Origin: an uncultured Bacteroidota bacterium
GTDB taxonomy: Bacteria > Bacteroidota > Ignavibacteria > Ignavibacteriales > Ignavibacteriaceae
Assembly (NCBI GenBank): GCA_963710745.1
Contig: CAVQBP010000025.1
Coordinates: 1 to 32,000 of the forward strand
Length of the DNA: 32,000 bases
Direction of reading: 5' to 3'
How positions within the stretch are numbered: position 1 is the stretch's first letter; the number at the start of each line of letters is the position of its first letter. The translations under genes and the position numbers were made by a program. A model generated the notes under the pieces. The model ran no database searches, had not been told where the DNA came from, and saw only the letters and a program-made list of their open reading frames with translations. This document shows, one piece after another, positions 17,271 to 25,521 of this stretch.

Positions 17271-17575
17271 GTCATATTTTTTATCAAAATTTGTATAGTA
17301 GAGTATACAATTTTAGCATTTTTGGGGTAATAATATATTGATAAGACTAGTGAAATTAAGGAAGGTTTTTGAGCAATTAATACCTATTGAAAATAATAGT
17401 TGATTTTATTGCACAAAAAAGCATACTTATTCATTAACAATTTTACTGTAAGTTGATAAAATTGCGTATCTCTCCACCACAGGCTTATAAAAAGAGCCAT
17501 AAAATGAAAAGTAAATATTTAGTACACTAAAATATTTCCCGGTTCCTCGACGCAATCCGGGATTAAAAGGAAGGA

Positions 17576-17785
17576 TTATATATTCCTTTTGTCCCCTTTA
17601 TTTTTTATCATACTTTTAGCTACTGCAAGATCCGAATAAGCATTTACAACCCTGCGTATGTATAAATGTTTGTTACTATCTGACGCATCAAACATTAGGC
17701 TGACGGCTTCCTCAAGATGCAGATGAAACGGAAAGAGTCTTTCATCAATTGGGTCAGTATATACATCCTGGTGATCTTCGATCAT
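17576..17785 (-). CDS. hypothetical protein (69 aa)
   Basis: Last ORF of the minus-strand operon, followed by the hairpin TCCCGG...CCGGGA at about 17540-17570. Confidence 0.4.
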   Translation of the reverse strand: MIEDHQDVYTDPIDERLFPFHLHLEEAVSLMFDASDSNKHLYIRRVVNAYSDLAVAKSMIKNKGDKRNI

Positions 17786-17874
17786 TTTTTTTACTCCTCT
17801 GAATATAGTGTAAGAAAATTAACTACCTAAAAAAAGAACCGAATATTACAATTATAAAGACAAAATATTAATTG

Positions 17875-18240
17875 TCAAAATAATTCATAATTTTTGTCTG
17901 TCGGGGTTATACCATAGACAGTCTTGATTAAATCGGCGAAAGAAATGTTATCACAATTTGCAATCGCTTTTAATTCATTGTTTATTGCTACAAGTCTCTG
18001 CTTCTTATATGATTCCCATTCCGCACGATGTAATGCTACATAGTATCCTCTGCTGTCCCCGATAATCCAGTGGCCGTTAGAACGGGCAGCATGTGCAAGT
18101 GATCTCACTTTACGTTTAAATTCGAGCAGGTTAGTCACTTCGAAATTACCTGCTAAATGTTTTGCCCTGACTGCATTATTCTTTCCGTACTTTAGACAGT
18201 TGAGCAGCTGGTTATAGTTCTCAAGCTTTCCCATCTTCAC
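17875..18240 (-). CDS. hypothetical protein (121 aa)
   Basis: ORF starting 2 nt after the upstream gene. No recognised domain. Confidence 0.45.
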   Translation of the reverse strand: MKMGKLENYNQLLNCLKYGKNNAVRAKHLAGNFEVTNLLEFKRKVRSLAHAARSNGHWIIGDSRGYYVALHRAEWESYKKQRLVAINNELKAIANCDNISFADLIKTVYGITPTDKNYELF

Positions 18241-18242
18241 CC

Positions 18243-18563
18243 CTATAATTTTTTGTTGATTAAAAGTTCCACTAACATTTTACAGTCATTGAGGTTTCTG
18301 ATAATCCGGAAGTGCAGCGATTTGTTTAAAGAACTTAGATGAGATAAAAAGAGCTGCAGCTCCTTTTTATCATCCGAAGGAATTTCTTTACCCGGATTAA
18401 CTTCAATAAAAATCAGATATTTCTTTGACACAATAATATGATTTACAAAATATTTCAGGCCGAAAGAAAGGTCATCCTTATTGTTGAAACTGAAGATTTT
18501 AAATCCAAAGTTCGCAAGCCGGCTGAATTCCTTATATATCTGCCTATCGATTTCTTTATCCAT
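18243..18563 (-). CDS. hypothetical protein (106 aa), possibly VRR-NUC/resolvase-like
   Basis: ORF starting 3 nt after the upstream gene. LIFIEVNPGKEIPSDDKKELQLFL loosely resembles the VRR-NUC E-V-K...Q segment (weak). Confidence 0.4.
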   Translation of the reverse strand: MDKEIDRQIYKEFSRLANFGFKIFSFNNKDDLSFGLKYFVNHIIVSKKYLIFIEVNPGKEIPSDDKKELQLFLSHLSSLNKSLHFRIIRNLNDCKMLVELLINKKL

Positions 18564-18566
18564 TTA

Positions 18567-18959
18567 TTAAATGCTAAAAATTTTAGTATGCTTAATATCC
18601 TTTTCTTTCTGGTAACGCTTACGCGATTCCTCACGCTCTTTCATCACAAGCTGCAATGAATCCCGGACTATATCTGTAGTTACAGATCCATCAAGATTGA
18701 TTATTAATTCACATTCATGTGTGAGAATTGTTATAAACCGCTCAAACTCTTCTGATGAAAGCGAGAGGTCATTCATTACAGCCGCTCGAATCTGTTTCTT
18801 TGATAATTTAAGAACGCAGTTTTCACTTGCGGCAATCATATTATTTAACGCCCAAAATTTACCCTCAGCTTCCCAGCCAAGCAGGGAGCGGAGCAATTTA
18901 AATTTCCAATGGTTATGGCTGTCAACGTAATGCGGATAGTACGTAATATTCCTTTTCAA
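18567..18959 (-). CDS. DUF4373-like (phage replisome-organiser N-terminal-like) protein
   Basis: YYPHYVDSHNHWKFKLLRSLLGWEAEGKFWALNNMIA matches the DUF4373 opening pattern (Y/F-x-H-x-x-D...K...L...G..G). Confidence 0.5.
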   Translation of the reverse strand: MKRNITYYPHYVDSHNHWKFKLLRSLLGWEAEGKFWALNNMIAASENCVLKLSKKQIRAAVMNDLSLSSEEFERFITILTHECELIINLDGSVTTDIVRDSLQLVMKEREESRKRYQKEKDIKHTKIFSI

Positions 18960-19210
18960 TTTTTTGAAACTATCATTTTTTCGAAAATTACATTTAAGAG
19001 TATTAAATTTGGCTGAAGCTGTTTTAACTTCACCTCAAGGTTTTTATTTCTCCTGAAAATAAAAAAATATTTTTCGTTTAGAGAAGAATTTATCTTATCA
19101 TAATTTGAAATCTTTTTCTTAAAGTGCTTTAAATAAAGATATCTTGCGAATAGGAAACCTGACAAAAAACTTAAAGAAATCCCCGATACGTAAATATAAA
19201 AATTGTTCAA
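18956..19210 (-). CDS. small membrane protein (84 aa)
   Basis: N-terminal hydrophobic helix FYIYVSGISLSFLSGFLFARYLYL. 4-nt overlap with the downstream gene. Confidence 0.4.
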   Translation of the reverse strand: MNNFYIYVSGISLSFLSGFLFARYLYLKHFKKKISNYDKINSSLNEKYFFIFRRNKNLEVKLKQLQPNLILLNVIFEKMIVSKN

Positions 19211-19348
19211 TGCGGCTCCCTTGATTTAAATTGAAATAGAGTATGTTAATTAAATCTTTCCCTCAGCGGCGCACCGCTTGAGCTAATCGATGTTCTATTC
19301 TTGAAATGGAGTTTAGAACAGGAAAGCTGGAGGTATAATTTTTTAGAT

Positions 19349-19525
19349 TCAAAATTTAACTCCTTTTCTCTTTAGCGATTCCATCAATTCTTTAGTTGCA
19401 AATTCGCCTAAATTAGGTCCATAAGTAGCGCAATAAATTTTTAATTGCTTATGAACTTCAGGGTCAATATGAATAACACTGCACAATTTGGGGATTTTTT
19501 TCTTCGAATTGTTTACTGTTTTCAT
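19349..19525 (-). CDS. hypothetical small protein (58 aa), not in the supplied ORF track
   Basis: Manual translation: MKTVNNSKKKIPKLCSVIHIDPEVHKQLKIYCATYGPNLGEFATKELMESLKRKGVKF. Its ATG overlaps the upstream stop (ATGA), and GAAGG lies just upstream. Confidence 0.4.
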   Translation of the reverse strand: MKTVNNSKKKIPKLCSVIHIDPEVHKQLKIYCATYGPNLGEFATKELMESLKRKGVKF

Positions 19526-19731
19526 CCTTCATCTTTCATTTTGTTATTGTATGTATATCTTTCGATAAATTTATTAATTGATTCCATAGTCACCTTTCTG
19601 TGTTTTTTCCCTGGCGGCAGGAAGAAATCAAGTTCACCTTCAGCCAATAAATAAGAAACATATGAAGGGCTTACTTCAAGCATCCTGGATGTTTTTTTTA
19701 TTGATAATGCCGGAATATTTGTTATATTCAT
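19522..19731 (-). CDS. HTH_17/excisionase-family DNA-binding protein
   Basis: LSIKKTSRMLEVSPSYVSYLLAEGELDFFLPPGKK fits the HTH_17 layout. First gene of the minus-strand operon. Confidence 0.6.
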   Translation of the reverse strand: MNITNIPALSIKKTSRMLEVSPSYVSYLLAEGELDFFLPPGKKHRKVTMESINKFIERYTYNNKMKDEG

Positions 19732-19847
19732 AAAAATTAAGTATTTTTGTACATATGCTAAGAATTAAATATTTTCTGATAATAAAATACAAGTATTTAT
19801 AATAAATTGCAAGAAACGTTAAGTTATTGCAATAGGAAGTTTAGTCT

Positions 19848-20201
19848 ATGAAAATAAGTGAAGCCAAATTAAGAGAAGCAATAGTAAAAAAATTCGGGAG
19901 TCAAGCTAATTTTGCTAAAAAAATGGGGTTAACTGAAGGTCAGGTTTCAAGGGGTATAAAATCCCAGACCACGAAATATATTTTAAAATTTAGGGAATCT
20001 GGAATTAATATAGATTCTCTGATGCAAGATGAAGAGGGAAAGAGGAAGGGAAATTTAGAATTTGAACTGAAAATTGCTGAAAAAAGAATTAAAGAACTAG
20101 AAGCATTATTAGTGCAGAAAGATAGTTTATTGGAACAGAAAGATAATTTAATCAAATCTTATGAATTAGTAATGAAAGAACAATTTAAAGACAAACAATA
20201 A
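19848..20201 (+). CDS. Cro/CI-type HTH regulator with a coiled-coil tail
   Basis: KKFGSQANFAKKMGLTEGQVSRGIK is an HTH_3-like motif. Divergent from the HTH_17 gene across a 116-bp AT-rich spacer. Confidence 0.6.
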   Translation: MKISEAKLREAIVKKFGSQANFAKKMGLTEGQVSRGIKSQTTKYILKFRESGINIDSLMQDEEGKRKGNLEFELKIAEKRIKELEALLVQKDSLLEQKDNLIKSYELVMKEQFKDKQ

Positions 20202-20262
20202 CGCTTACCTGATCCGCCGCGTAATACTTAACATATCATAACAACAAATTAGGGAGGATGAA

Positions 20263-20784
20263 ATGGCTAATCTCAGAGCTAAAGAGGCAGGTATTATACC
20301 GCAAAAAGAGAAGGTCCAAATATTAGACGGACTTAGAGAAAAAAACCGCAAACATTATCAGCTAATTTATTTTTTACTTGCTACGGGGTTCAGAGCTGGC
20401 GAGGCTTTGAACCTGGATTTTAAAGATATTGACCTCAAGAGGGATTTAATTCTTGTCAAAAATGCTAAAAGTAAAAGAATAGATTGGTTTCCAATTTATC
20501 CGGCGTTAAGAGAATTCATAATTGATGAATTTACGTTTAGGGTAGGAAAAGTTTTTGATTTCAAGAACCGTCATTCGTTAAAATTTTTTGAACGTTTTCT
20601 TAGGGATTTAGGTTATAATCATTACACTTTACGGGCACTTAGAAAAACATTTATAAACGACTTAGTAAATTTTGGATTACCAATTACAGACGTCATGGTA
20701 ATGACCAGACTTAAGCAGCCACCTTTTATAAAAAATCTGAACTTGATGAAAAGTAAATATGCTTTGAAAATATCTCATGAATAA
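20263..20784 (+). pseudogene. tyrosine recombinase remnant (catalytic domain only, degenerate C-terminus)
   Basis: Paralogous to 21327..21962 (NRKHYQLIYFLLATGFRAGEA vs NRKHYRVIAFLLLTGLRRGE; SLKFFERFL vs SLKFFEKFL). It lacks the N-terminal domain and the final H...Y motif. Confidence 0.6.
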
Positions 20785-20874
20785 GTATCGCTATCAATTT
20801 AAAAGGAATAATAACGCTTACCGTATCCGCAGCTTATCTAAATAATCATTTAACAACTAAGCAGGGAGGATGAA

Positions 20875-21962
20875 ATGTATAAAGTGGAAATAAAAAACAG
20901 AGATGGATGGTTATACCTTTTTTATTATATCGGAGGAAAACGGCAGCGAGAATCTTTGAAGCTGAAGAATACGCGGGAAAATATGATTCAGGCTAAAATA
21001 AAAAGAGATGAAAAATTAAAAGAACTCACCGCAGGCAGATTAAAACCGAAGAATAAACTTGTCAAAAAGAAAAAATTAACAATATCAGAAGGGCTTTTAG
21101 AATTTGAGACAAATAGAGATGATAATAAAGAAACAACAAAACAAGCATATCAGAATGCTGTAGATAAATTTATTCAGCTCGCTGGAGATATTGCTATAAA
21201 AGATGTTACGCAGGAATTAGCGAAAGAGATAGAAAAGAAAATGAGAAGAGATATAAAGAAGAATGGAGATTTTCTATCAGAAAATACCGTGGCAAGTTAT
21301 ATAAACCGGTTACATATAATTTTTAATTTCTTTTAAAGGAAGGATACAGTGAAAAGAATCCCTTCATTTCAAAAGAAATCAATATCAGGGAAATAGTAAC
21401 TATACCGGATAAAGATCTGGATAATATTCTTGAAAAGTTAAGGAATAAGAACAGAAAACATTATAGGGTAATTGCTTTCCTTTTGCTCACCGGATTACGG
21501 CGCGGGGAAATCATCGGACTTAAATTTGAAAATAATGTAGATTTTTCTCAGAAGATACTGAAGGTATTCAATTACAAAAAAAACAGAATTGATAAGTTGC
21601 CATTATATGGAGAGCTGGAGGAATTTTTAATAAAAGAATGGAATAGATATGAGGGGTTGTTATTCGATTATAAATCGAGTGACTCTTTAAAATTCTTTGA
21701 AAAGTTTCTGAGCCAGGAAGGATATATCAATTACTCATTTCATACTCTGCGGAAAACATTTATCTCTAAATTAATCAATAGCGGGATGAATGTTTATGAT
21801 GTTATGAACCTTGCTAGACATAAGAATATTAAGACAACCTTAAAACATTATTCAGCTGCAGAGTTGAGCAGGATGGGGGACGAAATAACAAGCAGGACCA
21901 ATCTTAAAGAAATAGTAAACGGGAAAAAGAAAGATAATCTTCGGCTGCTGAAAATAGGATAA
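20875..21962 (+). pseudogene. tyrosine recombinase/integrase, split by one frameshift near 21325-21338
   Basis: The N-terminal SAM-like part (153 aa, ...YINRLHIIFNFF*) continues in another frame from 21327 (FLKEGYSEKNPF...TIPDKDLDNILEKL...). The catalytic residues are present: RRGE, HTLRKTF, ARHKNIKTTLKHY. Confidence 0.75.
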
Positions 21963-21978
21963 ATCATTTCACTCAAAC

Positions 21979-22010
21979 AACAGATGTACATAATTGCATG
22001 TACATCTGTT
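21979..22010. repeat. perfect 12-8-12 inverted repeat (candidate recombinase core site or hairpin)
   Basis: AACAGATGTACA-TAATTGCA-TGTACATCTGTT, starting 17 bp after the integrase stop. No U-tract follows. Confidence 0.75.
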
Positions 22011-22082
22011 ACCTCATAAAACATAAAACCCCAAAGATGCGTACATTAAAAACCTATTTAACGGATTACCTTCTGCAAAAAT

Positions 22083-22104
22083 TGACACAAATGCTGACAC
22101 AAAT
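22083..22104. repeat. tandem direct repeat TGACACAAAT x2 (12-bp period)
   Basis: TGACACAAAT-GC-TGACACAAAT, about 70 bp from the 12-8-12 repeat. Confidence 0.7.
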
Positions 22105-22350
22105 TTGTTTTTCCTGAAAAATCCTGCGAATTTAATTTATAAAGTGGGTTTAAAATAAACAACCCACTGTTGGGGAAACAGTGGGTGCGACCCGTTACCA
22201 TCAAAGGGCAGGGGAGAACCCTTTGAAAGGGTCAAATTTTATTTTGCTAGCGGCAAAAATTTACAAACAAGAAGTCTATAAGTCAATAACTTTTTCTCCT
22301 TTAATCCATTGCCTTGTGCTTATTATCACGCTAATCAATTTATATAAATT

Positions 22351-22380
22351 ATCGCCTCAAAATATTACTTTTAAGGCGAT
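22351..22380 (-). terminator. hairpin downstream of the TonB-dependent receptor gene (putative terminator)
   Basis: ATCGCCTCAAAA-TATTAC-TTTTAAGGCGAT is a 12-bp stem with 1 mismatch, 15 nt after the stop codon. The flanks are A/T-rich but lack a clean U-run. Confidence 0.45.
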
Positions 22381-22395
22381 TTAAAAATGCAGGAT

Positions 22396-25062
22396 TTATA
22401 GATTAATTCTTACGCCGGCATTGAAATATCTCGGGAGTCCAAGAAATACTTCTGCTCTCTGTGCAGAATGGCTTGGAGCTCCGCTTATTCCATTATACTG
22501 ACTGTTATCAGTTGCATCCTGAATATAAATCTGATCGAATACATTAAATATATGAGCAAAAAATGTTAAATGAACATCATTAAGGTCAATAGGTAAAAGA
22601 TAACTGAAATGAAGATCAAAAACACCATAAGCCGGAGTTTTCCAAACCTGTCCCACATCATTAGAGGTAGTTCTTGAGAAAGGATCCCAGTTTGCATAAT
22701 AATTACTGTTATGTCTGTAAACTATCTCGGCTTCTAAACCGCCGATTGGAATGAAAGTTCCCTGCAGGGTGAATTGAGTCTGCGGTGCATCCCCAACTTT
22801 CAGATCTTTAACATAATAATGATATTTTGTTTCGGTTAGTGTGTTTCCTGAATAATCTTTATATACACCGTTTACATCATCTGTATACTTCCAGTTTCCA
22901 AGTGAAGCAGTTACACCTAATCTGAAAAAATTAATAGGCTGATAGGCCGCATCTAATTCAAATCCTGAATGAATGGAATTTACACCGGTTAAGAAGATAA
23001 CACTTGTATTTCCTGTTTCATCGGTAACATTTATTGAATTTGCCTGATTTTTCCATATTGTATAATAGTAGTTTAATTTAACTGCTAATTTACCTCCCAA
23101 GCCGTTAAAATTTATTCCGCCTTCAATATCCGTATAGTTTTGAGTTTTAGGATTATCGGCTTTAGTGCCTGTGACATCATCAATTACCTGGTCAAATATT
23201 GGAACCTGTACGACATAACCTGCGTTTGCGTAAACATCAACATTATCTGTTACACGGTAACTGGCTCCGCCTTTAACCTGGTATCCATCAATATTGCTTG
23301 ATTGAAGAACAAGTTCATTCCCGCTTGCATCTTTGTGGAAATGATCAGTAAATTTATATTTAATGGTTGACCATCCGTAAGTACCATATGCACTTAATTT
23401 ATCTTTTGTATATTCTGCCTGAGCATAAAATCCAAACCAGTTTACATTATTTGTCTCATTATATGAGAACTTATCTCCTAATCCTTTCTGGTACTGAGAC
23501 GGCGAATCAAATTCATTACCGGTATAATAATAATAAGATCCGCCTAATAAATCTCTGACTTCCTGATAATGCTCGATTTGAGCGGTTCTCCAATCAATAC
23601 CACCGGATAATTTTATTTGGTCGGTGAGCTTATAGAAAGCCTTAGAAATAGCGCCGATAGTCCATTGTGTATTTACACTATTTCTTAAAATTCCTAAAGA
23701 ACCATTAGAGGAAGTATCATTTTTTGCAATTGTTGCATCCCAGTTAACTACTTGAGAAGGACCGGTTCTATCCCAGGCCATACTTCCCGCAGTCCCGCTT
23801 CCGCCGCCTTTACCACCCGAATAGTATAGTGTTGTATACCAGCTTGTCTTTTCTGATAATTGAGTATAATAATTTAAATTAACAATCGGTTTGTCATAAT
23901 AATTTTCTCTTTCATTAATGAAATTTTGGCTGTAGCGTGAATTTACATTTCCATCCCAGTATTGTTTACCGGTATAAGCAGGACTAACACCATTCCAGTT
24001 TTCATTATAAGAAAGGCCTCTTTCAGGTTTGATCGCAAGCTGAGCATTAGTATAACCCAAGTCAGATGCGAAAGAATGACTGTAAGCTGCAATGTTCTGC
24101 TCGTAAAGATTTTGACCGTGACGCTGCGGTGCTCCCAGTGCATATAATTCAATTCTATTTTTATCATTAATATTATAGCCCGCACCAAAATAATAAGCCC
24201 AGGCATCTGTCCAGGTGCCATCAACAATACCAACGCCTGTTTTACGCACTACAAGAGCATTGAAGCCAAATTTACCGTTTATTAAACCTGAGTTTGCCGA
24301 TAATGTAGATTTCTGAAAAGCACCGCTGCCGAATTCCTGCTTGAAATTTACACCGTATTTTTGTGCTGTCGGATCGGTTATAATATTTATTGTTCCCCCT
24401 ATAGAAGGTGTTGCTAAAGTGGTAGCACTTAAACCGCGCTGGATTTGTATAGAAGCGGTTGCATCACCGACACCATCCCAGTTTGACCAGTAAACCCAAG
24501 CATTTTCCATATCATTAACCGGAACACCATTAATCATTATTGCTACATTACGCTGATTAAAACCTCTCAAATTTATTCTTGAGTCACCGGCACCTCCGCC
24601 TTGCGGAGTAGCATAAACACTGGGTGTTGTATTTAAAGCTAAAGGAATATCTCTTGACCCAAGTCTCATTTCCATTCCTCTTTTTTCAATATCGCTGAAT
24701 GCAACTGGAGTTTCTCTTTCCTTAGCTCTGTCTGCAATCACAGTTACATTAAGAGTAAATTGATAATCTTTAAGAGTAAAATTCAATTCTAAATTCTTTT
24801 TAAGATTAATATCCTGCTCCACTTTCTCGTAACCGATGTAACTGCAGGCTATGGTATATTCTCCGGCAGGTGCGGAAATGGAGTATTTCCCGTTTTCATC
24901 GGAGGCAGTTCCAATAGAAGTTCCTTTTAAAACTATATTTGCTCCTTCAAGTTTTTCATTTGAAGATGAACTGGTTACTACACCGGAAATGGTGTAATTC
25001 TGAGCTAACATACTGGTTGTTAGAAACAGCACTAGTATTAGCATTTTGTAAATATTATGCAT
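22396..25062 (-). CDS. TonB-dependent outer-membrane receptor with an N-terminal CarboxypepD_reg-like domain
   Basis: 888 aa. Signal peptide, then YTISGVVTSSS...LEGANIVLKGTSIGTASDENGKYSI (CarboxypepD_reg-like), a plug region (PSVYATPQGGGAGDSRINLRGF) and a long beta-barrel. Confidence 0.9.
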   Translation of the reverse strand: MHNIYKMLILVLFLTTSMLAQNYTISGVVTSSSSNEKLEGANIVLKGTSIGTASDENGKYSISAPAGEYTIACSYIGYEKVEQDINLKKNLELNFTLKDYQFTLNVTVIADRAKERETPVAFSDIEKRGMEMRLGSRDIPLALNTTPSVYATPQGGGAGDSRINLRGFNQRNVAIMINGVPVNDMENAWVYWSNWDGVGDATASIQIQRGLSATTLATPSIGGTINIITDPTAQKYGVNFKQEFGSGAFQKSTLSANSGLINGKFGFNALVVRKTGVGIVDGTWTDAWAYYFGAGYNINDKNRIELYALGAPQRHGQNLYEQNIAAYSHSFASDLGYTNAQLAIKPERGLSYNENWNGVSPAYTGKQYWDGNVNSRYSQNFINERENYYDKPIVNLNYYTQLSEKTSWYTTLYYSGGKGGGSGTAGSMAWDRTGPSQVVNWDATIAKNDTSSNGSLGILRNSVNTQWTIGAISKAFYKLTDQIKLSGGIDWRTAQIEHYQEVRDLLGGSYYYYTGNEFDSPSQYQKGLGDKFSYNETNNVNWFGFYAQAEYTKDKLSAYGTYGWSTIKYKFTDHFHKDASGNELVLQSSNIDGYQVKGGASYRVTDNVDVYANAGYVVQVPIFDQVIDDVTGTKADNPKTQNYTDIEGGINFNGLGGKLAVKLNYYYTIWKNQANSINVTDETGNTSVIFLTGVNSIHSGFELDAAYQPINFFRLGVTASLGNWKYTDDVNGVYKDYSGNTLTETKYHYYVKDLKVGDAPQTQFTLQGTFIPIGGLEAEIVYRHNSNYYANWDPFSRTTSNDVGQVWKTPAYGVFDLHFSYLLPIDLNDVHLTFFAHIFNVFDQIYIQDATDNSQYNGISGAPSHSAQRAEVFLGLPRYFNAGVRINL

Positions 25063-25521
25063 ATCTATCTCCTGATAGTAATAAAATATTAGTTAATTAT
25101 TTTGAATATGAAATGGCTTTGAGCCGGTATATGGAAAATCTCTAACCCTCAAGAAAAATTGATTTCATATCAAATTTTCTTATTTAAAAGATTTATAAAC
25201 CAAAATTAGCTAACATTCCACTTTTGAACAACATTCAAAGTGAAATTTAATATTAAGTTAACTTTGTATATCCGAAATTTGTTTTTCAGTTCAATAATGA
25301 TGTTTCTGAATCTGTATTATTTATAAAATTCCGGCTGGATTCTTACAGGCAGGATAAATGTTATAAGACGATGAGTGTTAATCGGTTTTTGTGCAGGATA
25401 TAAATGCCTTTTACGAATCTCCGGCTTAATCTTAACTAAAATCACAAATAACAAAAAAATTTATTTATAGAATTATATTTTGATTTAAAAATAAATATTT
25501 TTCTATCTCAGGGTTTTATAA

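Larger units (their letters stand above)
16780..22010. mobile_element. decayed phage-like / integrative element (regulatory and replication operon plus defective integrases); boundaries approximate
   Basis: Holds an HTH_17 gene, a Cro/CI-like divergent pair, a DUF4373-like replication-organiser gene and two tyrosine-recombinase remnants. Bounded by a tRNA on one side and a 12-8-12 IR on the other. Confidence 0.45.

Noticed and set aside
17287-17316. AAATTTGTATA-GTAGAG-TATACAATTTT inverted repeat, considered as the left att partner of the 12-8-12 site at 21979.
   Set aside because: It shares only a TGTAYA core. There is no common overlap or spacer sequence as expected for attL/attR, so a link cannot be supported.
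16947-17330. 127-aa plus-strand ORF.
   Set aside because: It runs straight through a rho-independent terminator, a pyrimidine-only tract and the palindromic iterons. The translation is low-complexity Phe/Leu/Ser, so it was treated as non-coding.
22143-22235. The GC-rich structured patch, considered as the missing intact tRNA-Ser, a tmRNA 3' end or a cobalamin riboswitch.
   Set aside because: It has no cloverleaf and no T-loop GTTCGAATC. There is no B12-box-like sequence and no downstream regulated gene. It is kept only as an unexplained structure.
23367-24233. Short ORFs on both strands inside the TonB-dependent receptor gene, and 28062..28331, 28626..28910 and 28959..29210 inside or against pfkA.
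   Set aside because: They overlap well-supported genes, and no independent start signals or motifs are visible.
25063-25521. A riboswitch or leader upstream of the TonB-dependent receptor and the divergent kinase.
   Set aside because: The region is uniformly AT-rich with only a weak imperfect IR (CACTTTTGAA/TTCAAAGTG). No conserved riboswitch core was recognisable.
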